This document shows, piece by piece, positions 40,715 to 47,420 of a DNA stretch of 64,000 bases; positions within the stretch are counted from its first letter, which is position 1; every line of letters begins with the position of its first letter. The stretch comes from a virus (Duplodnaviria; Heunggongvirae; Uroviricota; Caudoviricetes): positions 1 to 64,000 of IMG/VR virus record IMGVR_UViG_3300044845_000732; one strand, given 5' to 3'. The notes under the pieces were generated by a model, which was not told the origin of the DNA, made no database searches, and saw only the letters and a program-made list of their open reading frames with translations. The position numbers were made by a program, and so were the translations under genes.

Positions 40715-41176
40715 ATGAAATTAAAAACAATTTTATTCGCTTTGTTGTTGGTGCTAATGTCATTTACAACGAGAAAAGAGACAGAGTCCGTATCATTAAC
40801 CCATGTGTTATTATACGAACAGATAAACCAAAAGAACATCAAATTTCCTGACATAGTTTTCGCCCAAGCGGTGTTAGAGTCAGGACACTTTAAATCCCCT
40901 CTTTTTATCAATCAAAACAATTTGTTTGGTATGAGAGCTCCAAAGAAACGGGAAACAACAGCTATCAATAAGGGGAAAAAAGAATACGCACTGTACGATG
41001 ATTGGGACAGTAGTATCGATGATTACCAATTGTGGCAAGAATTCACCTTAAAAAACAAAGGTAATTTAACAAGAAGTCAGTACTTCGCTCTATTAGGTAG
41101 AGTTTACGCCTCAGACAAAAGATATATCACCTCATTGAAGAGAGTGATTAGTGAACATCAAGAAATTTTAAATTAA
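40715..41176 (+). CDS. secreted N-acetylglucosaminidase (GH73 / FlgJ-like)
   Basis: Signal peptide; AQAVLESGHFKSPLFINQNNLFGM matches the glucosaminidase domain consensus. Confidence 0.6.
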   Translation: MKLKTILFALLLVLMSFTTRKETESVSLTHVLLYEQINQKNIKFPDIVFAQAVLESGHFKSPLFINQNNLFGMRAPKKRETTAINKGKKEYALYDDWDSSIDDYQLWQEFTLKNKGNLTRSQYFALLGRVYASDKRYITSLKRVISEHQEILN

Positions 41177-41523
41177 TGGCACACCCTAATTTACATGCAA
41201 AATCCTCCGTAAAAAAATACGGAGGTAAGCCAGAAGATTATATCCACTTACATGAATGGTTAGATGAAACTAAATCATGGTATGCCGATTCATTACATAG
41301 AATGTGGAGACATCACTCAGAAGGAATCTTTGAAATGGAAAAAAGATTTGGTACGGAATTCGTAAATAGTGATGGTAAAATCGTTTATACCCGATATATT
41401 GGGGAACAACACGTTAGGGAGGATTGTAATAATTACATCCCAACTGCGAAAGAATGGGTTGATAATATTAGAGAAAAAACCCGTCCATTATGGATGTTAA
41501 AGACACTTAAAATAGAAGACTGA
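41176..41523 (+). CDS. hypothetical protein
   Basis: 115-aa ORF. Confidence 0.5.
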   Translation: MAHPNLHAKSSVKKYGGKPEDYIHLHEWLDETKSWYADSLHRMWRHHSEGIFEMEKRFGTEFVNSDGKIVYTRYIGEQHVREDCNNYIPTAKEWVDNIREKTRPLWMLKTLKIED

Positions 41524-41534
41524 TATTTATTAGT

Positions 41535-42245
41535 ATGAATGAAATATTAACACCGGAAGAAAAAAAATATTTGGAGAGGGTTGCCCGATATATCCAATCC
41601 ATGGGAGAAAAACAAGTAGAGATTAGAATCGAAGCTAATGATTGGGATAATAAAACTGAAATATCAGATATTGAGTGGGAACTCGTAACTCATTTTGATT
41701 GGAATAGTAGTTTGGAAATACCATCAGGATTTATTGAAATACTACAAAAGATTTTTTACTATATTGATGAATCAGGTCGTTATTCCTTTCCTGATATTGA
41801 TGGTTTAAATTATCATGATTTTTTAATTGATATTGACGCGGCAGGTAAATCAATAACGGTAAGTCAAATCTATGGATATTATGATGTTGGTAGTGAAAGG
41901 GAAATTGAATTTGAAGATGAAAAAGAATTGATGGTTGAATGGATGGACCAATTAGAATCCAACGGAGCTGAAATTCCAAGTGATGGGATTTTAACCGCTC
42001 GTTATAGTGGTGGTGGTGATGACGGTTCTTTGGATGGAGGTTTTGATGAGATTAATCAACAATTACCAGGCTCTATGGAAGATTTCTGTTATAATCAACT
42101 ATCAAGTAATTTTGGAGGATGGGAAAACAATGAAGGTGGTGAAGGGTATTTTATATTTAACTTTACTGATGGTACTATTACTTTATACCACACTGATAAC
42201 ATAGAGGAAAGTGAAAGTAACACTTTATTTGAAATAGATTTTTAA
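41535..42245 (+). CDS. acidic hypothetical protein
   Basis: 236-aa ORF. Confidence 0.5.
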   Translation: MNEILTPEEKKYLERVARYIQSMGEKQVEIRIEANDWDNKTEISDIEWELVTHFDWNSSLEIPSGFIEILQKIFYYIDESGRYSFPDIDGLNYHDFLIDIDAAGKSITVSQIYGYYDVGSEREIEFEDEKELMVEWMDQLESNGAEIPSDGILTARYSGGGDDGSLDGGFDEINQQLPGSMEDFCYNQLSSNFGGWENNEGGEGYFIFNFTDGTITLYHTDNIEESESNTLFEIDF

Positions 42246-42333
42246 AAAAAAATATTTGACTTTTGATAAACTTTTCGTAAGTTTGTAATAGTTATTAAGA
42301 ACACAGGTAGAAATACCACAAAAAAAAAGAAAA

Positions 42334-42456
42334 ATGAAAAACACTAATAAACATATGAACGTCTCGATTTGGAACCAACAATTTAGTAATTGTTCGTATC
42401 CGCGTATTTCGCATACAAGTTCAGATGATTTATTAAATGACGTAATTTGGGGGTAA
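42334..42456 (+). CDS. possible small ORF (40 aa), or the coding-like part of a short transcript
   Basis: TAagTTTG box about 45 nt upstream; a strong terminator follows at 42483-42518. Confidence 0.2.
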   Translation: MKNTNKHMNVSIWNQQFSNCSYPRISHTSSDDLLNDVIWG

Positions 42457-42482
42457 CCAAAATACTCATAAAATATAATAAG

Positions 42483-42518
42483 AATCCTGAACTCAAAAAG
42501 TTCAGGATTTTTTTTTTG
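42483..42518 (+). terminator. rho-independent terminator
   Basis: Hairpin ATCCTGAAC-tcaaaaa-GTTCAGGAT followed by T10. Confidence 0.65.
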
Positions 42519-42548
42519 TTAAAAAATTAAAATTAAAGAAAAAAGGAT

Positions 42549-42556
42549 TACCTTTG
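42549..42556 (+). promoter_or_regulatory. -7 box TAccTTTG upstream of the first tRNA subcluster
   Basis: Followed about 20 nt later by the conserved 22-mer leader. Confidence 0.45.
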
Positions 42557-42575
42557 TCCCGTCAAAATAAAGGAT

Positions 42576-42597
42576 AAGTTATTTGAAATATTGGTAA
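42576..42597 (+). repeat. 22-nt leader element AAGTTATTTGAAATATTGGTAA (copy 1)
   Basis: Identical 22-mer at 45531-45552; both copies lie 7-8 nt upstream of the first tRNA of a subcluster. Confidence 0.6.
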
Positions 42598-42604
42598 ACA
42601 AAAT

Positions 42605-42688
42605 GGAAGGCGGCCGAATGGACGAGGAGCTTGTCTTGAAAACAAGTAGCGGGTAACACCGTTGTGGGTTCGATTCCCATGTCTTCCT
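42605..42688 (+). tRNA. tRNA-Ser(TGA), class II
   Basis: Hand-folded. Acceptor GGAAGGC/GTCTTCC; anticodon arm CTTGT-CTTGAAA-ACAAG; long variable arm; T-arm GTGGG-TTCGATT-CCCAT. D-arm atypical. Confidence 0.55.
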
Positions 42689-42694
42689 CAATTT

Positions 42695-42766
42695 TGCCCC
42701 TTCGTATATCGGTTAGTACACATGGTTTTGGTCCATGCGGGGGGAGTTCGATTCTCTCAGGGGTAA
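42695..42766 (+). tRNA. tRNA-Gln(TTG)
   Basis: U1:A72; anticodon arm CATGG-TTTTGGT-CCATG; T-loop TTCGATT. Confidence 0.65.
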
Positions 42767-42773
42767 CAAAAAT

Positions 42774-42845
42774 GGTGATATGGCCGAGTGGCTTAGGCAC
42801 AGGTCTGCAAAATCTGTTACGTGGGTTCGAATCCTACTATCACCT
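42774..42845 (+). tRNA. tRNA-Cys(GCA)
   Basis: Acceptor GGTGATA/TATCACC; anticodon loop CTGCAAA; discriminator U; T-loop TTCGAAT. Confidence 0.65.
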
Positions 42846-42850
42846 CAATC

Positions 42851-42918
42851 ACCGAGTGGTCCGGGACCAAAGACGGCTCATATCTGACTTTAGAATGGCT
42901 CAACACCATTACTCGGTA
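42851..42918 (+). ncRNA. degenerate tRNA-like element (CAT anticodon-like loop, non-canonical T-loop CTCAACA)
   Basis: Perfect 7-bp terminal stem ACCGAGT/ACTCGGT; T-arm-like AATGG-CTCAACA-CCATT; loop CTCATAT; irregular D-arm. Confidence 0.25.
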
Positions 42919-42924
42919 CAAATT

Positions 42925-42995
42925 ACCTTGTTGGCGTAACGGAAGCGTATTTGTTTTACATGCAAAGGGAAGTGGTTCGATTCCACTACGAGGTA
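42925..42995 (+). tRNA. tRNA-Val(TAC)
   Basis: Acceptor ACCTTGT/ACGAGGT; anticodon arm TTTGT-TTTACAT-GCAAA; T-arm AGTGG-TTCGATT-CCACT. Confidence 0.6.
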
Positions 42996-43001
42996 CAAAT
43001 T

Positions 43002-43082
43002 GGGGACGGAAAGTCGTTCGGATACGGCAGCGAGACTGTAAATCTCGTCCTTTTGGGAGTGGTTCGAGTCCACCCGGCCCCA
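43002..43082 (+). tRNA. tRNA-Tyr(GTA), class II
   Basis: Anticodon arm CGAGA-CTGTAAA-TCTCG; variable-arm hairpin TCC-tttt-GGA; T-loop TTCGAGT; one acceptor mismatch. Confidence 0.5.
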
Positions 43083-43226
43083 CTATGATAATGGTTTTCT
43101 CTATCTATCGGATGTCGACAATCCAAGATAGAATCAAGAATTCTGCACCCCCTGCCGAGGCCTCGTAAAACTACGATTAAGCAGTTAAGATTGGAGCGAG
43201 ATGGGTACTCCAACATTATCATTATT

Positions 43227-43299
43227 GGGTCTTTTGTATAGCTGGTGCGTACGCTAGTCTGAAGAACTAGAGGAGTAGGTTCGATTCCTACAGGACCCA
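43227..43299 (+). tRNA. tRNA-Phe(GAA)
   Basis: Acceptor GGGTCTT/AGGACCC; anticodon arm CTAGT-CTGAAGA-ACTAG; T-arm GTAGG-TTCGATT-CCTAC. Confidence 0.65.
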
Positions 43300-43306
43300 C
43301 AAAAAT

Positions 43307-43378
43307 TCTTCTGTCGTATAAAGGTTATTACGGTTGACTGTTAATCAATTTATGGTGGTTCGAGTCCACCCGGAAGAG
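43307..43378 (+). tRNA. tRNA-Asn(GTT)
   Basis: D-stem CGTA/TACG; anticodon arm GTTGA-CTGTTAA-TCAAT; T-arm GGTGG-TTCGAGT-CCACC. Confidence 0.6.
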
Positions 43379-43455
43379 CGGAGTCCCGAAATAACGGGAA
43401 ACCCCCACTCCCATATGGCAGCCGGTCCATTAACCCGGTGAAGTGGGGTAAAATT

Positions 43456-43527
43456 GCTCTTGTAGTAGAATGGTTAGCACACATTCCTGATAAGAATGAA
43501 AAGAAGGTTCAATTCCTTCCAAGAGTA
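43456..43527 (+). tRNA. tRNA-Ile(GAT)
   Basis: Acceptor GCTCTTG/CAAGAGT; anticodon arm CATTC-CTGATAA-GAATG; T-arm GAAGG-TTCAATT-CCTTC. Confidence 0.55.
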
Positions 43528-43635
43528 CAAAAACCTTAAATGTGGTACCCGATACTGACAGCTCTTTAGGAGTGATGGGTGTGAAAGCGGGTTGAAAAGG
43601 GTACATCTCAAACCCACATTGATAGGTTTAAATAT

Positions 43636-43708
43636 GGTGGCTATAGTGTAACGGTTAACACGATAGATTGTGGTTCTGTAAATGGGAGTTCGATTCTCCT
43701 TAGTCACC
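43636..43708 (+). tRNA. tRNA-His(GTG) with G-1
   Basis: Extra 5' G pairs with C73; anticodon loop TTGTGGT; T-arm GGGAG-TTCGATT-CTCCT. Confidence 0.65.
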
Positions 43709-43715
43709 CTAAATT

Positions 43716-43820
43716 GGTCAGGTGGCGGAATGGTAGACGATAAAATAGGTGAATGGGGAATAGTGTTAATCGCTCCTATTTGAATTCCCGGCAATACAGG
43801 TTCAAGTCCTGTCCTGACCA
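43716..43820 (+). ncRNA. 105-nt tRNA-like RNA (oversized; anticodon not assignable)
   Basis: Perfect acceptor GGTCAGG/CCTGACC; T-arm ACAGG-TTCAAGT-CCTGT; Leu/Ser-like D-loop AATGGTAGA. About 25 nt surplus between the D and T arms. Confidence 0.3.
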
Positions 43821-43826
43821 CAAATT

Positions 43827-43900
43827 GTCTCCATAGTTTAATTGGAAAAATACTTGAATACGAATCAAGAGACGTGGGAGTTCGACTCTTCCTGGGGACA
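43827..43900 (+). tRNA. tRNA-Arg(ACG)
   Basis: D-stem GTTT/AAAT; anticodon arm CTTGA-ATACGAA-TCAAG; T-loop TTCGACT. Confidence 0.6.
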
Positions 43901-44103
43901 CAAAATGGAGAGTAAAACAATCAGGGTATTGTCACCTCCTGCTAAGAGAGTGGTTCTGTAAAAGGGATGGATTTCGAGTATTCTGCTCTCCGCAGAAAAA
44001 AAATGAATATGGAAAAAGAAGAAAAATTTTGGTATGAAGTAGGGTTTTTCATAACTAAAAAAGGTATTAAAGTAACTCTGTATAGAGAAGTAAAATAAAA
44101 ATT

Positions 44104-44176
44104 CGGGTAGTAGGAAAGTTGGTAATCCGCTACATTTGGGATGTAGAGAACGCTGGTTCGAGTCCAGTCTACCCGA
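44104..44176 (+). tRNA. tRNA-Pro(TGG)
   Basis: C1:G72 acceptor CGGGTAG/CTACCCG; anticodon arm CTACA-TTTGGGA-TGTAG; T-loop TTCGAGT. Confidence 0.65.
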
Positions 44177-44361
44177 CAAATGTGGCTCACAGAGTTTGAT
44201 TATTAAGTTCAAATTAGTTATAATTTGAGCCAAATAACAGAACAAAATGAGCTCAAACGCCCTCTAGGCTTTAAAGTGAAGCACGATACTTTTAATATCG
44301 GGAAGAAGGAGCATTACCTTCAGGGGGTACAAAAAAATGTTTAACTAATAAATCAAAAGTC

Positions 44362-44868
44362 GTGAGTAAGTACGCAAAAACATTGGTTTTGGATTCAAGT
44401 TATATGCCAAGGTCTATCATAAACACTGAAAGGGCTTTTGTAATAACTTATAAGGGTAACGCGAGTGTTGTTGCCGAACATCCGGAATCATTTAATCTAA
44501 TCAATCCTGAGTTAGATATAAAGAAACCATCAATTATCAGGGTTTTCAAATATGTGAATCAACCGATTCATAAAGTTCCTTTAAGTAGAGAGAATGTTTA
44601 TCGTAGAGATAATTACTCCTGTGTTTATTGTGGGTGTGAGAATCGTAAGACATTGACATTAGACCACGTAATACCTCAGTCTAAAGGAGGTAAAGATGCT
44701 TGGGACAACTTGGTAACCGCTTGTAAGAAATGTAATAGTGAGAAGTCAAATTTAACGTTGGAAGAATATGGTAAGGAAATCCCTCAACCAAGACGACCAC
44801 ATTATTTGATGATGATTAAACAAGTTCATTATGTTCCAAAAGAGTGGGAAGATTATTTGTTTTTCTAA
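44362..44868 (+). CDS. HNH endonuclease inside the tRNA island
   Basis: CVYCGCENRKTLTLDHVIPQSKGG...WDNLVTACKKCNSEK (HNH with zinc-finger cysteines). Confidence 0.72.
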   Translation: MSKYAKTLVLDSSYMPRSIINTERAFVITYKGNASVVAEHPESFNLINPELDIKKPSIIRVFKYVNQPIHKVPLSRENVYRRDNYSCVYCGCENRKTLTLDHVIPQSKGGKDAWDNLVTACKKCNSEKSNLTLEEYGKEIPQPRRPHYLMMIKQVHYVPKEWEDYLFF

Positions 44869-44872
44869 AAAT

Positions 44873-44943
44873 GCGTGATACAGACGGGATGTCGTTCAGG
44901 TCTCCAAAACCTCGAAGGGTAGGTTTGACCCCTACATCACGCG
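44873..44943 (+). tRNA. tRNA-Trp(CCA)-like with a non-canonical T-loop (TTTGACC)
   Basis: Acceptor GCGTGAT/ATCACGC; anticodon loop CTCCAAA; T-stem GTAGG/CCTAC; short D-loop; C-C mismatch closes the anticodon stem. Confidence 0.35.
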
Positions 44944-45015
44944 CAGAAGACGGAGAGTGAGTCAAGGGTAATTCCGTTATGGTTATCCCTCGAGGGTCTC
45001 TCCTGAAGAAATATG

Positions 45016-45088
45016 GATTTTGAAGCACAATTGGACGTGCGACCGGCGTAAGGCCGGGAGGATATAGGTTCGAATCCTATCAATATCC
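45016..45088 (+). pseudogene. degenerate tRNA (class I, anticodon-loop CGTAAGG = UAA with G33)
   Basis: Good D-arm GCAC/GTGC and T-arm ATAGG-TTCGAAT-CCTAT. Acceptor has a T-T mismatch, and U33 is replaced by G. Confidence 0.3.
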
Positions 45089-45280
45089 CAAATTAAAAAT
45101 AAATCTTACCAATACTTGACACTTTTATAAAAAGGACTATATTTATTAGAAATTATAATAACACAGAAAATGCAAACTTTAAATACATTATTACTTACAA
45201 TAGGCGCGGAGGGTAGAGATACAACTCGGTCGGAGATGGTATGATGTATTGTTAAGTAATTACTAATATAATAAAATCCA

Positions 45281-45312
45281 TCTCCAAAAGAGGTGGATTT
45301 TTTTTTTATACT
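45281..45312 (+). terminator. rho-independent terminator closing the first tRNA transcription unit
   Basis: Hairpin ATCCATCTC-caaaa-GAGGTGGAT followed by T10. Confidence 0.65.
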
Positions 45313-45338
45313 ATGTTTGGTAAAATGAAAAAAAGTCT

Positions 45339-45346
45339 TATCTTTG
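45339..45346 (+). promoter_or_regulatory. -7 box TAtcTTTG
   Basis: Upstream of the small acidic ORF at 45364. Confidence 0.35.
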
Positions 45347-45363
45347 TCAAAACAAATTTAAAG

Positions 45364-45480
45364 ATGGAAGAACAAGAAACAAACGATACAACGTATCAAA
45401 AATTAGAATTGGTTTATTCACCAATCTTAGGGTCAGAATACATTTTAGTTGATGTAGAAGAAACTGAAGAAAAAGAATAA
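45364..45480 (+). CDS. possible small acidic ORF (38 aa)
   Basis: MEEQETNDTTYQKLELVYSPILGSEYILVDVEETEEKE; below the track cutoff. Confidence 0.2.
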   Translation: MEEQETNDTTYQKLELVYSPILGSEYILVDVEETEEKE

Positions 45481-45505
45481 AGTTTGGTAGATTAAAATAA
45501 AGTAT

Positions 45506-45513
45506 TATCTTTG
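45506..45513 (+). promoter_or_regulatory. -7 box TAtcTTTG upstream of the second tRNA subcluster
   Basis: Same architecture as 42549-42597: -7 box, about 17 nt, then the 22-mer. Confidence 0.45.
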
Positions 45514-45530
45514 TACCATCAAACAGAAAC

Positions 45531-45552
45531 AAGTTATTTGAAATATTGGTAA
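45531..45552 (+). repeat. 22-nt leader element AAGTTATTTGAAATATTGGTAA (copy 2)
   Basis: Identical to 42576-42597. Confidence 0.6.
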
Positions 45553-45559
45553 TACACAC

Positions 45560-45631
45560 GCTGCCATCGTCTAACGGTCAGGACATATGGTTTTCATCCA
45601 TAAAATCGGAGTTCGATTCTCCGTGGCAGTA
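45560..45631 (+). tRNA. tRNA-Glu(TTC)
   Basis: Anticodon arm TATGG-TTTTCAT-CCATA; T-arm CGGAG-TTCGATT-CTCCG. Confidence 0.6.
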
Positions 45632-45637
45632 CAAGAA

Positions 45638-45709
45638 GGGGTTATAGTATAACGGCAATTACTATGGTTTTGCAAATCATAAATTGGAGTTCGATTCTCC
45701 ATAGCTCCA
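45638..45709 (+). tRNA. tRNA-Ala(TGC)
   Basis: G3:U70 identity pair present; anticodon loop TTTGCAA; T-arm TGGAG-TTCGATT-CTCCA. Confidence 0.65.
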
Positions 45710-45809
45710 CAAAAAAACAGAAAGACAGAATACGGGAAGTCACTACCCGGGAAACACGGTTCTTTCTCATTCAATTGTTATAGGATTGTCACCTTTGAAT
45801 TGAAATTTT

Positions 45810-45881
45810 GGTCTATTCGTTCAACGGCTAGGATGCTACCCTGTCACGGTAGAGATGAGAGTTCGATTCTCTCATAGACCG
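45810..45881 (+). tRNA. tRNA-Asp(GTC)
   Basis: Acceptor GGTCTAT/ATAGACC with G73; anticodon arm CTACC-CTGTCAC-GGTAG. Confidence 0.65.
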
Positions 45882-46049
45882 CCATAAATAATACATCGCG
45901 AGGGGGAGGTATAGTATCTCATCGGTCTCATAAGCCGACCAAAGCAGGAGCGTTACCTGCCCTACGCTACAAAAGTGTCTCGGTCCGCTCTGACGAAAGT
46001 CAACGACGAGGTCCCGGTAGACAGAACGCGTCTGATTCTACCCAAATCT

Positions 46050-46121
46050 GCAGATATCGTATAGTGGTTATTACTCCAGCCTTCCAAGCTTGAGACGAGA
46101 GTTCGATTCTCTCTATCTGCT
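46050..46121 (+). tRNA. tRNA-Gly(TCC)
   Basis: Acceptor GCAGATA/TATCTGC with U73; anticodon loop CTTCCAA; one C-U mismatch in the anticodon stem. Confidence 0.55.
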
Positions 46122-46128
46122 CTAAACC

Positions 46129-46200
46129 GCCTTCATAGTTCAAGGGATAGAATAAGACACTTCTAATGTTTTGATATAGGTTCGAGTCCTATTGAGGGTA
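46129..46200 (+). tRNA. tRNA-Arg(TCT)
   Basis: D-stem GTTC/GAAT; anticodon arm AGACA-CTTCTAA-TGTTT; T-loop TTCGAGT. Confidence 0.55.
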
Positions 46201-46208
46201 CAACAATT

Positions 46209-46281
46209 GCCCCGGTGGTGGAACGGTAGACACGCTTGTTTTAGGCACAAGATTTTGAGGGTTCGAGTCCCTCTTGGGGTA
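46209..46281 (+). tRNA. class-I tRNA with anticodon TAG (Leu box), anomalous
   Basis: Perfect anticodon arm CTTGT-TTTAGGC-ACAAG (G37) but a short variable loop; acceptor has three G-U pairs. Confidence 0.45.
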
Positions 46282-46436
46282 CAACACATTATCATAACTC
46301 GGTGTGATACACCGCCCACTACCTCCTTAAACAACGTGGGAACTGCGGTTCTCCCAATGTGGCCGAAGTGATGATGTTAAAATAGTAGTTTAAGAGACAG
46401 AGTTGACTTCTACTTTAAAAAAATACTCTGCGACAG

Positions 46437-46519
46437 GCTTCCGTCGCATAGAGGTTGATTGCACCTGATTTGTAATCAGGAACCGAAAGGTCACGTTGGT
46501 TCGAATCCAATCGGAAGCT
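46437..46519 (+). tRNA. class-II (long variable arm) tRNA with loop TTTGTAA (nominal anticodon TGT), anomalous
   Basis: Acceptor GCTTCCG/CGGAAGC perfect; anticodon arm CCTGA-TTTGTAA-TCAGG; variable-arm hairpin ACC-gaaa-GGT; T-loop TTCGAAT. Confidence 0.45.
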
Positions 46520-46748
46520 CGAGTCGTTTTTTTTGTTGGTTTAGTTGTTAATATGTTTTTTTTGTAGTTAAAAAAAAATCATTGTAAACAATAGGTTTTT
46601 AGAAGTTTCTTATCCTTAAAAGAAAGTATGGTGAGGTTTAAGATAAGATTAACATAACCTTAAATGGAAAATCTTTCAAAAAAACGGAAAAATGGTAAAG
46701 ACAAACTCAAGTCGAAGATGGTGAACGTGACCATCCGTTTTTCCAAAC

Positions 46749-46828
46749 ATCCCCGTGGTGAAACTGGTATACACGACAGGCTTAAGACTTGTTGCTCAGG
46801 CATGTGAGTTCGACTCTCACCGGGGATA
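46749..46828 (+). tRNA. tRNA-Leu(TAA), class II
   Basis: Acceptor ATCCCCG/CGGGGAT; anticodon arm ACAGG-CTTAAGA-CTTGT; variable arm of about 11 nt; T-loop TTCGACT. Confidence 0.55.
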
Positions 46829-46888
46829 CTAATATTAAAAGTGTAAATTATCAATATGAAAAACCAAAATCCGAACTCCACGTAGTAC

Positions 46889-47137
46889 TTGATTAGTTCA
46901 AGTATTATGACTCAGAAATTGAGAATTTGGAGAGTAGTTCCCGTTAGAAACGGTGTTCAGGCTCCCACTTTTTTTGTGGAAACCACAGAAGAAGGACGTG
47001 AGAAGGCAGAGGAATCTGCGATTAAACAAGCAAGGTTAAAAACCGGCTTAGGAAAGTTCAAACAATGGAACTTTAGATTGGAGAAACTCTCTGTGAGGGT
47101 GGATAAATTTGGTCGATACATTAAACATCACCAATAA
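46889..47137 (+). CDS. small hypothetical protein inside the tRNA island
   Basis: 82-aa ORF between tRNA-Leu and tRNA-Met. Confidence 0.3.
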   Translation: MISSSIMTQKLRIWRVVPVRNGVQAPTFFVETTEEGREKAEESAIKQARLKTGLGKFKQWNFRLEKLSVRVDKFGRYIKHHQ

Positions 47138-47228
47138 GGTTCAATAAAAACCGCTGGGGGTTTCAAATTACTCAGTGTACTTTTTAGGTTAAAGTCATGT
47201 AGGGTGTTTACACCAAAACCTAATTTTT

Positions 47229-47303
47229 GTCCTTGTAGCTAAATTGGTGAAGGCGCTCGGCTCATAACCGAGAGATATGCAGGTTCGATGCCTGCCGAGG
47301 ACA
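47229..47303 (+). tRNA. tRNA-Met(CAT) (elongator or Ile2-type)
   Basis: Acceptor GTCCTTG/CGAGGAC; anticodon arm CTCGG-CTCATAA-CCGAG; T-loop TTCGATG. Confidence 0.6.
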
Positions 47304-47341
47304 CAATTTTTTTTGTATTTAATTGATATTTTTTGAATTTG

Positions 47342-47374
47342 TTAACCCTCAATGAAAATTGGGGGTTTTTTATT
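47342..47374 (+). terminator. rho-independent terminator closing the second tRNA transcription unit
   Basis: Hairpin AACCCTCAA-tgaaaa-TTGGGGGTT followed by T6. Confidence 0.6.
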
Positions 47375-47420
47375 GGTTAGATTAAAAATAATGATTATCT
47401 TTGTAAAAAAATATAAAGAT

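Noticed and set aside
40648-40911. Minus-strand ORF of 87 aa
   Set aside because: Antisense to the N-terminus of the well-supported GH73 gene 40715..41176.
42579-44245. Track ORFs 42579..42800(-), 42664..42939(+), 42817..43083(-), 42821..43168(+), 42986..43300(-), 43474..43920(-), 43865..44245(-), 43942..44190(-)
   Set aside because: They run straight through hand-folded tRNAs and structured spacers. The GC-richer tRNA DNA simply lacks stop codons.
45347-46881. Track ORFs 45347..45559(-), 45571..45774(-), 46140..46334(-), 46660..46881(-)
   Set aside because: They overlap tRNA genes and leaders in the second tRNA unit and have no promoter or start context.
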